Part shown: positions 37,101 through 48,790 of the stretch, piece after piece
Layout: each line of letters starts with the position of its first letter
Numbering within the stretch: position 1 is the first letter of the stretch
Assembly (NCBI RefSeq): GCF_963853765.1
Contig: NC_088858.1
Span: forward strand, 47,244,001 to 47,308,000
Direction: 5' to 3'
Length of the DNA stretch: 64,000 nt
Source of the DNA: Magallana gigas
Taxonomy: Eukaryota
Position numbers and translations under genes: made by a program
The notes under the pieces: generated by a model
Seen by the model: the letters and a program-made list of their open reading frames with translations, nothing else
Told to the model about the DNA's origin: nothing
Databases searched by the model: none

Positions 37101-40100
37101 TTTTCTGAAAAAGATAAGATGTATATAGAGAAGATCAAGGAGAAAGGGGCTTCTAAAACTGTAACTGACCTGGTGGAAAATCTATTGAATGAGCTGGAGG
37201 GTAGGAGGTGTGTGCTTTGTTTTACTGTCTGAAAATGAAAGACACTTGAATTGGTGCCTAAACAGGCTTCCAAATGAGTTTTATCATAAAAGGTTTTAAG
37301 GTCATCATTTCTATATTCTAATACAATTAAATTGGTATTGTCGTTACCAACATGAACACATTCTGAGATCAAATTTTTTACAAATCTTAATTTTTTTTAT
37401 CAGTGTGTCAATATCATAAAAAATCTTTTTGATTTTAGCATAGCAAAAGTATCTAAAGACGTTGAAGAGCACTCTGGACAAATTGAAAAGCTAGAGATTG
37501 GAGTAGCAGGGACAAAGGTGGTGCTTAAAAAAGTCCATCAAGATGTCAAAGAACAGAGAAAGGAGCTTGAGGGAGTTAAACAGGGACTGGGAGAAGTCAA
37601 CACACGAGTGGACAAGGTAGAGGTGGATGTGGCGGATACCAAAGAAAGGGTGGAAGAAGTAGATAAAAAGGTAGTAGAATTTATTCATTCTCTCATTTAT
37701 TAATAAATGTACATCATACAGAAACAGTGCACAAACTTAATTGTCAGAACTATTTTCGTCCCATGTGAATGAGAAATATAATCATACATGTATATCATTC
37801 ATACTGATATGTAATAAAAACAATACTTCTGTTTTAATATGCATATGTTGGGCCTTTGCCAATTATTGTAATTGTGTTTGTGCCAATAAAATATTTGTAT
37901 TTCTATTCATTGTTCGTATGTTTGCTTAATTCACATTAAAGTCATAAAATCAAATTGTTTCCTTTGAATAAATCTATTATCACTGTTTTCTAGTAGAAAA
38001 AGTAAACCATTTTGTATTTCATTTTATGATAGAACTGAGTCCTTCATCAACTTTTATCCACTTTAATCTGATTTGTTCTCACTTGTGTTATAGACAATGA
38101 GTAATGCTCCAACTTGGTCTCGTGATGTCACAAAACTACTGAACCCAGATTCTGAACATGACTGGCGGCTTTTGGCTAGTCGCCTTGGTTACAGTCCTGA
38201 TGACATCAGAGGGTGGGCTACCCAATCAGATCCCTGCATGGCTCTTCTGAGTGAATGGTACGCAACGCACAAAACGTTCGAGGCATCAAGAGGAGTGTTG
38301 ACAATTTTGCAGGAAATGAATCGATTGGATGCTGCCATTATTGTTGAGAATGCAATGAAAGCTGCAGGTGAATAAAACTTCTATCATAAATAATTGCTTC
38401 ATGTACCTCCTAATATAAATAAAATTAGTGTAGTGTGGTAACATATTTTGCCCCAATCAAGCATTTAAACACATTTATCTTGCATGTCGACATATTCGAC
38501 AGTAAAATAAGTTGCATGAAGGAAGACAAAGTATGCCACCATAAATTAATTTATAGATTTTTTATCATTTTTAATATACTTGTTTCTGTGCAGAGGTGGT
38601 TGTGACTGATGAACCTGTTGACTACCCAGAACCCCCTGAAATCTTCCTTAGTTACCAGTGGAGTCACCAGAACGAGGTCAAGCTGATCTGTCGTCACCTT
38701 GAAATGGCAGGGTATAAATGCTGGATGGACATTGGTCAAATGGGTGGTGGGGATAAGTTATTTGAGAAGATTGACTCAGGGATAAGGGCAGCTAAAATTG
38801 TGATATCATGTGTCACAGGAAAATATGCTAAATCGCCCAACTGTAACAGAGAGGTAAAAGTTTATGAGGAAATATTTATTTGTCGTAAATAAGATTGTTC
38901 ATTCCAGAAAAAAAAACTAATGCTTAAAATCAATTTGTGTTAGAAGTGTTTACAGTAATAAACTGCAAAAAATTGTGATACTCTTTTTTCTTTCTTAAAA
39001 AAATTAAACATAAAATGTAGATCATGTAAAATAATGTCATATTGATTAAAAAATATTTAAGGTTATTCCAGGTCAATTTGTCTGTAAACCTTGGTAAGCC
39101 AATGATTCCTTTGTTGATGGAAAAGATGGCTTGGCCTCCTGCAGGTTCCATGGGGCCGATTTTCAGCGAGTACCTGTTTATTCGTTTCTTTCAACGACCA
39201 GGAGAGGAAACCAATGACGACCGAATCTGGTCAGCTGCTAAGTTTACTGAACTTCTCATGCAACTTAACTACTTAAAAGTTATGCCAGATGAAGGAAATA
39301 TTTCAGAAAGTAAGCAAGTTTCATTGTTCAGAAGCAATCGTGAGTATCGAACACTTTAATGATAAACTAAACATTATTTAAAAGAGTCACAGTGGACCTA
39401 AAAATATGTCTTTATTTTGTTTTGAAAATAAATAAATGTTTGATGTTAAGTATACCTGGCTGCTTTTTACTGGTGTATTACAGTGTATAAGAACTGGTGG
39501 GTTCCTGTTGTTGAAGAGATCGTCATTCCAAAAAGAAATGAGAAAAGGGGAGAAAATAAAGCATTTTCGTCTGATCAACATCAGGTATAGTTCCAAGTTA
39601 TTCTTTCTATCATTTTTTTTTTTATTTTTAACGTATGGAGATTCAAAATGGAAAATGTTTACATCATTTCTCCATTCTGAAGTACTAGGGACACCTCGCA
39701 TAATTTTTGGGAGTTGATTTTAATCAACTCGCCTATGCAGTTACTCTGGCAAACCGAAAGTGAAACAGTGTTTGGGCCTAATCACAAATCATCACCGCTG
39801 ACAAGACTCAGTTCTTGAAAATAATAGAAAAATTCGATGTAATGTAAGCTGAAGCATTGTTTTTCAAGAAAACGTATCTATAAACACTTTGAAAATACTC
39901 AGATTTTATATAATACGAACAATTTAGATATTTTTGTAGTCTCATGTAATCCTACGCCAGAGTTTTATATAGTCTCGTTCAACCAAACGCTCGGCTGTCT
40001 CCGTAAATCTCCGACAAGCAGAGAGGATCTCATGCTTTTCGGAGATTAACGGAGACAGCCTTACGTCTGGTTGAACGAGACAAGAGTTCGATATCAATAG

Positions 40101-41853
40101 TGCTTGGATCCATACAATTTTTAGAATTGTTTCAATTACTAATACATAGTTTGAAATCTCGAAATTCTTGATTGAAAAGTCTAAAAATTCATATTATAAA
40201 AAAGTGCACAATTCAAATACAGACTAAAAACTAATTGCCACGCAAAATAAGTCGATTTTAAAATAAATGATAATCGATAAAATCAACTCCCGTCAGTACT
40301 TCAGTACTTTGATTAGCATTATCATCCGAATGTTGTTTGCAATGCAAAATCCCCTCAAACTTTCTATTTTTGGTTGTGTAATGAAACCTGAAGCGGTAGA
40401 GGGGGTGTTTCAGAACAGATAATCTGGACTTTTTCCTTCTAGTGAATGAGCTAGTGTAATTAGGGCTCAAAAGTAATTATGATTATCGAAATATTACATA
40501 AAAACTTGTGAAAGAGTATTCAAGAGTAGAGTATTCAAGTAATTATGGTTTATCAAGTTGGCTCAGGACAGATGTCTTTTAAACGCTCCTGTTGAAAATA
40601 TAAACTGCATTTATATTTCTCTGGATTTTTTCCTGCGATTATTAAGCATCTCTGCTTTAAAAATAATCGGTAAATATTTTGTTTTTCAGACAGAGTCACA
40701 GGTTGTTTCCCCAGATGTGTTTATATCCTACCAGTGGGGCAAACAAAAGGAAATTATTGCCTTGTTCCAGAGACTGACCAGTTTAGGCTTCACCTGTTGG
40801 TTGGACATACGTCAGATGGGGGGAGGGGACTCTTTGTATGACAAAATTGACCGAGGGGTCAGAGGTTGCAAGGTCATGCTGTCGTCAGTGACCACCAAGT
40901 ATGCTCTATCTGCCAACTGTAGGAGAGAGGTCAGCCTGGCTGATGCTTTAAAGAAACCCATCATCCCTATGTTGATGGAGAAAATAGACTGGCCCCCAAC
41001 TGGACCAATGAGCATGGTTCTTACGCAGTTACTTTACGTTAATTTTTCAAATGACGAATCTGTCCAGTTATCATGGGATGGGAAGTATTTTGATGAACTG
41101 TTGTCCAAAATTAGACAACAAATTCCAACAGATGAAAGTAATGATTATGTAAATGTGGAATCAGAGAGTGGTGTGCAGTCACTGAAGAACTCAAAATATG
41201 AAAAGTCTGTATCAAATGGGAATAATCAAAGGCATATAAAACAGGAAATAGAAAAGCCCAGAGATCCAATACAGCCCAGAGATCCAAAACAAGAAACTGA
41301 AAAGCTCAGAGATCCAATACAAGAAACTGAAAAGCCCAGAAATCCAATACAAGAAACTGAAAAGCCCAGAGATCCGATACAGGAAACTGAAAAGCCCAGA
41401 GATCCAATACAAGAAACTGAAGAGCCCAGAAATCCAATACAGAAAACTGAAAAGCCCAGAGATCCAGTAAAGGAAACTGAAAAGTCCAGAAATCCAATAC
41501 AGGAAACTGAAAAGCCCAGAGATCCAATACAGGAAACTGAAAAGCCCAGAGATCCAATACAAGAAACTGAAAAGCCCAGAAATCCAATACAGGAAACTGA
41601 AAAGCCCAGAGATCCAGTAATGGAAACTGAAAAGTCCAGAAATCCAATACAGGAAACTGAAAAGCCCAGAGATCCAATACAGGAAACTGAAAAGCCCAGA
41701 GATCCAATACAGGAAACTGAAAAGTCCAGAAATCCAATAAAGAAGCAGCCCTCAGTTACAGTGGGTTCCACTGAACGGCTGACTAATCCATTACAGAATA
41801 CAGCTAAACCACGCCCAACAGACACGAAGTCGTCAACTTGTTCTATATTATGA
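23932..41853 (+). CDS. Gene B: paralog of gene A, helical N-terminus + coiled coil + Death + TIR_2 + TIR_2 + repeat tail + CaaX, about 1610 aa
   Basis: Exons 23932-24167, 24285-24426, 24846-24982, 25980-26145, 26610-26743, 27178-27322, 27559-27686, 27839-27965, 28207-28334, 28480-28609, 29447-29580, 29804-29960, 30775-30979, 36187-36335, 36614-36832, 36978-37207, 37439-37670, 38094-38367, 38594-38853, 39072-39309, 39484-39584, 40690-41853. Lengths match copy A exon for exon except exons 19 and 22; I found no stops in this path. Confidence 0.88.
26777..27070. mobile_element. G/C-run MITE with 16-bp TIRs
   Basis: CAGGCACGTAGCATCG ... CGATGCTAGGTGCCTG (1 mismatch); long G and C homopolymers inside; absent from the gene A intron. 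Confidence 0.8.
31019..31985 (+). mobile_element. HINE/Helentron-like non-autonomous element
   Basis: 5' TTATTACGGGCCGC, 3' inverted GCGGCCC followed by the hairpin TTGACGC-tt-GCGTCAA and a CTTGTTT end; similarity to the gene A intron stops at 31019. Confidence 0.65.
32007..32304. mobile_element. MITE with about 45-bp TIRs and CTTGTCAGAT subrepeats
   Basis: TATGGTGGCATAGATC.GCCA.CACTTGTCAGATAATTATGT at both ends in inverted orientation. Confidence 0.85.
32824..35965 (+). mobile_element. HINE/Helentron-like (pearl/CvA-type) element carrying nested insertions
   Basis: 5' TTTTTAGCTCACCTGAGC..GCTCAAGTGAGC then a GTCCGTCT microsatellite; 3' inverted GCTCAGGTGAGC (35928-35939), GGCCC-CAT-GGGCC hairpin and CTTGTTT end. 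Confidence 0.8.
34032..34151. repeat. Perfect 51-bp inverted repeat with an 18-nt spacer
   Basis: Arms 34032-34082 and 34101-34151 are exact reverse complements. Confidence 0.92.
39970..40083. mobile_element. Fold-back mini-MITE (TAGTCTCGTTCAACCA... termini)
   Basis: Imperfect arms of about 45 bp; lies in a gene B-specific expansion of intron 21. Confidence 0.75.
41242..41740 (+). repeat. Coding minisatellite, 30-nt unit x16 (QETEKPRDPI), in the last exon of gene B
   Basis: Visible tandem units CAGGAAACTGAAAAGCCCAGAGATCCAATA; frame open through to CSIL*. Confidence 0.96.
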
Positions 41854-43010
41854 CGTATTCTCGAATTTATGGAAACGTTCATTTACAAAGCTTATCTCTT
41901 TTAACATTATGTTACATATCGTGATTTCTCTAATTTCTACATGTAAAATTGAAGTTAATATTTATTGTAAGAAAATCAAATATTTTTAATACTTATCGCT
42001 TTATATTCAGTAGTCAACGGTTATAGTAAACATATCTGTAGAAAAATGGTAGATTCCTGAAATATCATAAAATATAAATCTAAGACTTGCTGTGAATACA
42101 TGCCGCAATATTTTAGTCATTATTTAAAATTGTCTATCTTATAAGTCAGTTTACACTGGGAGTAATGAGTCTGCCCTGCTGTCAATGAATAATCTATTCA
42201 TTTATTGAATATAAAGTTTGATTTATTAAATATTTATTAAATTAATCAAAATCACCGATTTTTCCTGTTTTAAGGTTTAAAAATCGGTTTTCTACTCATG
42301 TTGACTGTGTCCACTATCCACTCGCACAAACTAACTTTAATAGCCTTTTGGTTGAAAATACCAAGCGTCTTTGTTCCAGAGAACTAACGTCCCTTATTGC
42401 TCTCACAGTTTTTGGGGGGTTTTTTTAATTGTTTGTTTGGGTTTTTTGCATTCGTATATAGGATCAATTTATGCTCTATGTAAACAAAAAGATCATTTCC
42501 CTCTAGAAACAGTCTAGCAACTATAAAAGTGATGGTCATACGCCTATATTTATACATGTACATTATACTTTAAATTCACCTGTCGATGTTACGTGTTAGG
42601 TTGATATTTTTAACAAGCATTATTACATGTACTTTCTTGGCTGGTAAATAAATAATTGAAATGTTATACTTTGTAACGCAGTAAAAATCAGCATTGAAAA
42701 TTTTCGCACATGGGTAATTTTGTTGTACAGGAAACATGCGCTTTCATACAGCCATTCATAATTATTGCGTGTATAGCTTTTCCCGATACAAACATGAAAA
42801 TAATGTTTAACCAATGTTCAACTAATAAGAACGCTGTAGTAATGAAGGAGTACAATCCCTCTACAGTCTCCTTTATCAGCCGACCTCAATATATATAATC
42901 CTAAGAAGTTTTATTTGTCAGCGTTCTTGTATCCAACAAAATATTTTCAAAATAAAAATACCGGTCGACTTTCATTATTTTTAATTCTATGATTAAAATT
43001 TGATTTTATT

Positions 43011-43512
43011 TCATTTCCTAAAGATGACAGGAGCCTTTTTGTTGTTTCGATTTTTCTCACATATGAACTGCGCTGTTGAAGAGCAGGGGTATGCTGTAAA
43101 GGCATATTCGATTTCAGGAGACAGATATAAGCAATATTTAGTCTTTGTTATGATGAATCTATATGGTTCACGTGAACCAAACATATCGTTGGTTAATGTT
43201 GAGTGGTAGCCTTTTCTGACCCACATCCAATCTCCACTTGTTAAATTACCAAAATGTTGTGCCCCAACGGTTTACATGGAACCTTAAATAGAGATTGCAA
43301 TGATATTTATCTATTTACTTCAGACAGTTATAAAATGAATAATATCTATCATTTATTTTTTATGATTAAAACTAATATTAATCAATTTTAAGGTAAGTCT
43401 AGATGTCCAAATTTTTACCACTGTTTATTCCGGCGAGTTTACGACGAATGAGAAGGTATTCATCTAAATTTTCCAAATTTGCTAAATATCTGCCTTTATG
43501 CATACACTTCAC
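43011..43512 (-). pseudogene. Third, diverged C-type lectin copy: exons 3 (43419-43512) and 4 (43011-43282) with a premature stop
   Basis: Exon 3 is 94 nt as in copy 1 (VKCMHKGRYLANLENLDEY); exon 4 reads GSM*TVGA..GDWMWV..EPY..YC..YPC..QFICEK with TAA at 43272-43274; exons 1-2 not found upstream. Confidence 0.85.
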
Positions 43513-43825
43513 CTGTCAAAATATCAAAGTACTAAGGTGTGACTTTCCAAATTTGAAAATTTTACTTTTAAAATTAAACGCGTACGTACTCTACTAAAAA
43601 TGCATTCGATTTATCGATTTATCACACATCGATGTCCCAAGAACAGAGAAACTCTCTCTCTCTCTCCCTCTCTCTCTCTCTTTCTCTCTCTCTTGTGAAT
43701 TCAAAACATACGAAATTTACACTGTCACAATGAACGCGACATCTTTTTCAAAATAAAACCGGACCTGTTCCCCATGAAAACTTTTCAGTGAGAACCAGTT
43801 TACAACCTCATAATAAAGTTACGAC

Positions 43826-44815
43826 TATGGGGCGCCGTTTTAATATTTTTGAGGTATTTTCTGATATCAGAAAATGATTTTTTGATATCAAGATTTCTAA
43901 TTTCTGATATCAGAAAATGATTTAATTTTTGATATCAAGAATTCGGATTCTTGATATCAGAAAATACGATCCATTTTTTTTATATCAAAAAATCGATTTT
44001 GTGATATCAAAATATCATTTTCTGATATCAGAAATTCGATTTTTGATATCAGAAAATGATTTTTTGATATCAGAAATTCAAACTGATTTTTTGATATCAA
44101 GAATTATATTTTCTGATATCAGAAATTCAAATAAAATGGCGAATTAATTTCACGTATTTAATGAATACTCCCTTGACCCAAAATTAAATTGCTGAACTAA
44201 CTGTACACCAGTATAATTCCTTTATATTATGCGACACCATCATGTTTTAAGGAATTCCATTCAATATTCACAGCGAATCGCAAAGAAAGCAGTACTAATC
44301 ATTGTATATGTGTACACCCTTGCCAAAATGAAATCGGGTTTAGAATTAGGCATACATTATTATTCTTAACATACATCTACAGGTTTGAAAAACAATTTCT
44401 TACAAATTACAAAAGTTGCATCACAGGGAGCATTAGTTAAGTTGATAGTAATTTTATGTAGGTCTTATTTTCTGATATCAAAAAATCGATTTTCTGATAT
44501 CAGAAAATACAAATGATTTTTTGATATGAAAAAATGATTTTTCTGATATCAAGAATTCGATTTTTTGATATCAAAAAATGATTTTCTGATATCAAGAATT
44601 CAAAAAATAAAATCAACTTTAATTCTTGATACCAAAAAAACATTTTTGTGATATCAGAAATTCATCATTTTTTGATATCAAGAATTCGAATTTGTGATAT
44701 CAAAAAATGATTTTCTGATATCACAAAATAGATTTTTTGATATCAATAATTATTTTATGATATCAATAATTCGAATTATTGATATCAGATATTTATTTTT
44801 TTGATATCAGAAAAC
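43826..44815. repeat. Two blocks of GATATC-centred palindromic minisatellite (43857-44140 and 44468-44815)
   Basis: Repeated TTTCTGATATCAGAAA and TTTTTGATATCAAGAA units; the first block is preceded by TATGGGGCGCCGTTTT. Confidence 0.9.
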
Positions 44816-46199
44816 CTTTGTGTGCGGCGACCCAACATATTGGGTATGGAATAGCCGACGTTACCGTGCGGCAACCCAACATGTTGGGTTTGAGAAAGAA
44901 ATCAGCACTTGGTTACTTTAGCCTAAAATAAAATTAAAACGGTCGAGTGTTTTTCTTGTGAATCAATAAATTTAAAGACAATAAATGATTTCTGTTTTAA
45001 AAATGAAAAATATAAACCTATTTTTAAAAGAATATAGCTTAAAAGACGAATTTAAATTCGTCATCTAATTTTGGAAATAGGGAAATTCCGCGCCATTACT
45101 AATCTCTAAAACAATCGGTCAATCTAAAACTCTAACAAAGAAAACAAAATCAATAACATATATAGTCAAGAAAAAAACTATAATTTTGATAAAAAAGTAA
45201 AAGATTACTTAAGTTAATGTATAAAAAAGAAAGAAGAAGAGGAAATTTTGAGACTTTCTTAACATTGACCTTAACCTTGCGTATTTCTTCCGGTTAAAAC
45301 GAAAGTTGCAGGTTGTTTTTGTTCATTCGTGACATTTTCGCTAAAAAATGATTACACCAATGTGATTAATTGTTTTTCGGACTGTGTGTACAATTGATTG
45401 TTTCATCCTTGCTGTAAGTACGACATATGCCTTCATGATAATTATATAAACACGTTCGAAAACGCGCGAGATATCTCCAAACAGAAAACGCGAGTTATTT
45501 ACATGTTATCAGTGTTTTAAAATAAAAGTTTAACCACAATTCTTTCATCTTTTGTCCTTATTATTTATAATCTTTAAAGTGAAAAGTTATTATTCATGAA
45601 ACTATTATTTAAACCTAGTATGAACACAGCAAAAATCATAGAAAATGTAGCTATAATGAATGTTGCTATGCATACGTCAAAAGTATGTCAATGTTTTTCC
45701 TTTTCATTATATATTTCATTGAAAACCAACATTTTTCAAAGAATCATTAAAAAGTAACCCCTTGACCGATTTTGAAAAGACCTGGATTGATAAATTCAGA
45801 ATTTCTATAGCTTTTTTGCATCATATTTAAATATTTTTTCCAATCTTTTGTTTCAGAGATTTGGAGTTACATGTAAAAATCCAAAGGCTTGCATATTACA
45901 AAAGATATATAGTAGAGTTTTAAAAAAATATCTTTGTGTTGTGTTTGAAATATCAAATTTTACAAATGAGTCATCAAAAAAATATTTCAATGAATGTCAA
46001 AATTTGCGAATTCAATCTACTTTAATCAATATAAATTTCTTCAAAATCTGTCAAAAAATAACAACAGAAAACTTTTTTCAAATAAGTCTTGTTTTCAATG
46101 AAATATATAGGGAAAAAATAAAAAAATTGACGTACTTTTGATTCGCAAGTGTACATGTAAATACTTATCTTCTGAGTGTACTGAGCAGAAGATAATTTA

Positions 46200-46810
46200 A
46201 TGGCAACAGCAAGGAGCATCGATTTTGAAGCATTTTTGAATGCAGAGTTTGCAGCAGAGAACAGTGATTTTGAATTTGACGATTTTGATTTGTGAGTAGA
46301 TCGACCTACCGAAAACTTAGAAAATTTTATAGATTCAGACAACTGGGTGGCAGGAGACAGGGAGCCCCCATCCCTTGACTGCAAAAACTCCTGGCTTAAT
46401 ACAAGCAATTAACAACAAAGGTTCACCTCAAGAATATTTAAATCATTTTTCAATGACATTGTTTTTGAATTTCTTGCACAACAGACAAATCTGTATGCAC
46501 AGCAATTCTTGAGCTCTGCTCAATTGACAATGTTCATGTAGTAGGTTTCACAAACGGTATGAAACAAATTCCTCAGATATGAAGTAATTCATATCACTTC
46601 TCATGCTGGTGGAACTTCTGCATCAAGTACTGGAAAACAGACTAACTGACTGCAACACCCTTTTTTCCAAGTGTCATGCCAAGGGACAGGTGTTTGTCTT
46701 TGATGACTGTTTTTTCATCTCAATGACAACTCCAATTATGTGCCACATGGGGAAGATGGCTATGATTCTCTCTCTAAACTGGGTCCATTGTACCACAAGA
46801 TTTTGGAGGG
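46200..46810 (+). pseudogene. piggyBac transposase N-terminal remnant (stops and frameshifts)
   Basis: Fragments SPQEY..FNDIVFEFLAQQTNLYAQQ, FISLLML, TPFFPSVMPRDR, FHLNDNS..GYDSLSKLGPL match conserved piggyBac transposase motifs. Confidence 0.85.
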
Positions 46811-48260
46811 GTAAAGAAAATGTAATGCATGTAAAAAGTCTGATGATATAGAACTTTGTTTATTATGATACCTACCTGAAATGGAATTGGGGGGTTTTTA
46901 GAATCACCTTGTTTGTCTGTATATTTGTGAGCTAGAGGACGTGATTTGTGCAGACCACTTCAATATTCTGTCCCAGATTTCTACTACCACTATCTTTTGC
47001 TTAATATTTACGGTAGATAATCAAACACTTATATGTTTGTGCCCTTCTGGTAGATAGAGATGGATACAATATGTAAGATTTACCCATTATAAATCCTTGT
47101 AAGAAACATCAAATGTTGTGGAGCACATACATGTAGCTAAGTGGTCAAAAGTATTACCGGTATATCAGTAACCGAATGGTCACTAGTTCAAAACCCTTTG
47201 GTCAAACTTGACCTGAGGATGCATCATGTCCCTAATCCGAGTTTTTGATCAAGTCATGGTCACATCACAATCAAAATTCAATTTTACAGAGTGTGTTAGT
47301 CCGTTTCTTAAAGATATATCCTTTAAAATGGTCATAGTAAAAGAATTTGTTTACTGAAATAAATACTGATTCTGTGAATATATTTCTGCTAACTTGATTC
47401 TTTCAAGGTTTGACATTGCATGTGTATCAGCCCCATCAAAATTTATGCATAGATAAAGCCATGGTCCCTTGGAGAGGAAATCTACATTTCCAAGTGTACA
47501 GTCCAGATAATTAAGCCAGACAAGTATGGGCCTAAAGCTTACAAACTTTGTGATGCAGAAAATAAGTATTGTTTGAAAATGAAGTTGCACACAGGGAAAT
47601 CTTCAGACCCCCCCCCCCCCCCCCCCCCCCCCCGTGACAAAGGTGAAACTTGCGACTTGGTAATGTCACTTTTATGAAACCACTATGCTTTTGGACACAT
47701 TCTATACTTTGACAATTACATGTATTATTCAAGTCCACAACTATTCATGGATCTATGGTGTCTCGTAATGGGTGCTACTAGCTGGCACAGTCGGTTCTTA
47801 TTGACGTGGGATACCCTAAGAGGTTTCCAAACTATTTTCAGAGTCATTGCAGCATTCTACTTTCCTATTTTGCATTTGCTATAAACATTTTTTTTGTGCT
47901 CTGTTGATCTGAAATGTTTTCAACATAAACCAAACTTTACCAAAAATATAGTTTATTGAAAAGCAATTTTAAAATGCATGAATTGTAATCACTTTCCAAC
48001 CATGCATGTGGAAAGTAAAATGTATTTATTAGGACTCTTGAATTGATCTTTGCTTGCAGTGAAAACTTTAAAATGGTGGAAAAAAGTATTTTTTCCCATT
48101 TTGACCCTCATTATTTTAAATACTTATGTCCTTTACAAGGAAAATTGTGAAGAAATCATAGGCTTTTTCAAAGAAAACTGATCCATAAGCTCCTGAGCAA
48201 CTCTGGTGGTAACATTTAATGTGTGGTACAAAAACAGGAATGAGCATAAAATCTATGGTT

Positions 48261-48327
48261 GGACAAGGAATCGAACCTGGGACCCCTGCAACTCTAGTCT
48301 GGAGCCTACTATTGAGCTATCCAGGCC
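48261..48327 (-). mobile_element. tRNA-derived SINE-like head
   Basis: Reverse strand GGCCTGGATAGCTCAATAG...GGTCCCAGGTTCGATTCCTTGTCC has A-box and B-box-like motifs but not a clean cloverleaf. Confidence 0.6.
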
Positions 48328-48589
48328 AATATCCACTGTCATATCATAAAGCCCCAACTACTACATTCCTCTCTCCTTAAATAGTCTTTGACCCCGAAGA
48401 CGCAACACAAGTTCACCTTGTCAAGACTTATATTGCCTGAACAAGGAAGGTCACGACATCATCTGTAGTAGGAAAGGAGGAATAAGCATATAAATACAAT
48501 TAAGGTAACTCCATACTCGTAAAATTCTCTGATGAAAGTTGAAAAACCGAACTGATTTCAACTTAACAGACTTAAATTTCATCAATTGT

Positions 48590-48790
48590 TAGAAAAAAAT
48601 ATTTTGTATATGCTGCAAAGCATGCAGATGAGTGGAAGGAAGAAAAAGGCCAGGAAGGCAGACTTTATATGAATGTAGCCAATGCAATGTGGCATTGTGC
48701 ATAGAGCCATGTTTTGCGATATACCACACCAAGCAAGACTATGTTCTAGCTTTTAAGAGGTTATTAGGCCAGCCCACTGAGAGGTGAACT
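48590..48790 (+). pseudogene. piggyBac transposase C-terminal cysteine-rich domain remnant
   Basis: One frame reads RQTLYECSQCNVALCIEPCFAIYHTKQDY. Confidence 0.85.

Noticed and set aside
41212-41882. Three long minus-strand ORFs with hydrophobic repeats (116-218 aa)
   Set aside because: Antisense shadows of the 30-nt coding repeat in gene B
45264-45274. ATTGACCTTAA recurring at about 49911-49921, suggesting an alternative element boundary
   Set aside because: An 11-bp match in AT-rich DNA; the CACACAAAGGG|TTAA end at 49296 fits piggyBac better
46022-46408. 128-aa minus-strand ORF
   Set aside because: Antisense to the piggyBac transposase remnant; no independent motif
48261-48327. Possible tRNA gene
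   Set aside because: A and B boxes are present but the stems are degenerate and the sequence is embedded in a repeat, so a SINE head is the better call
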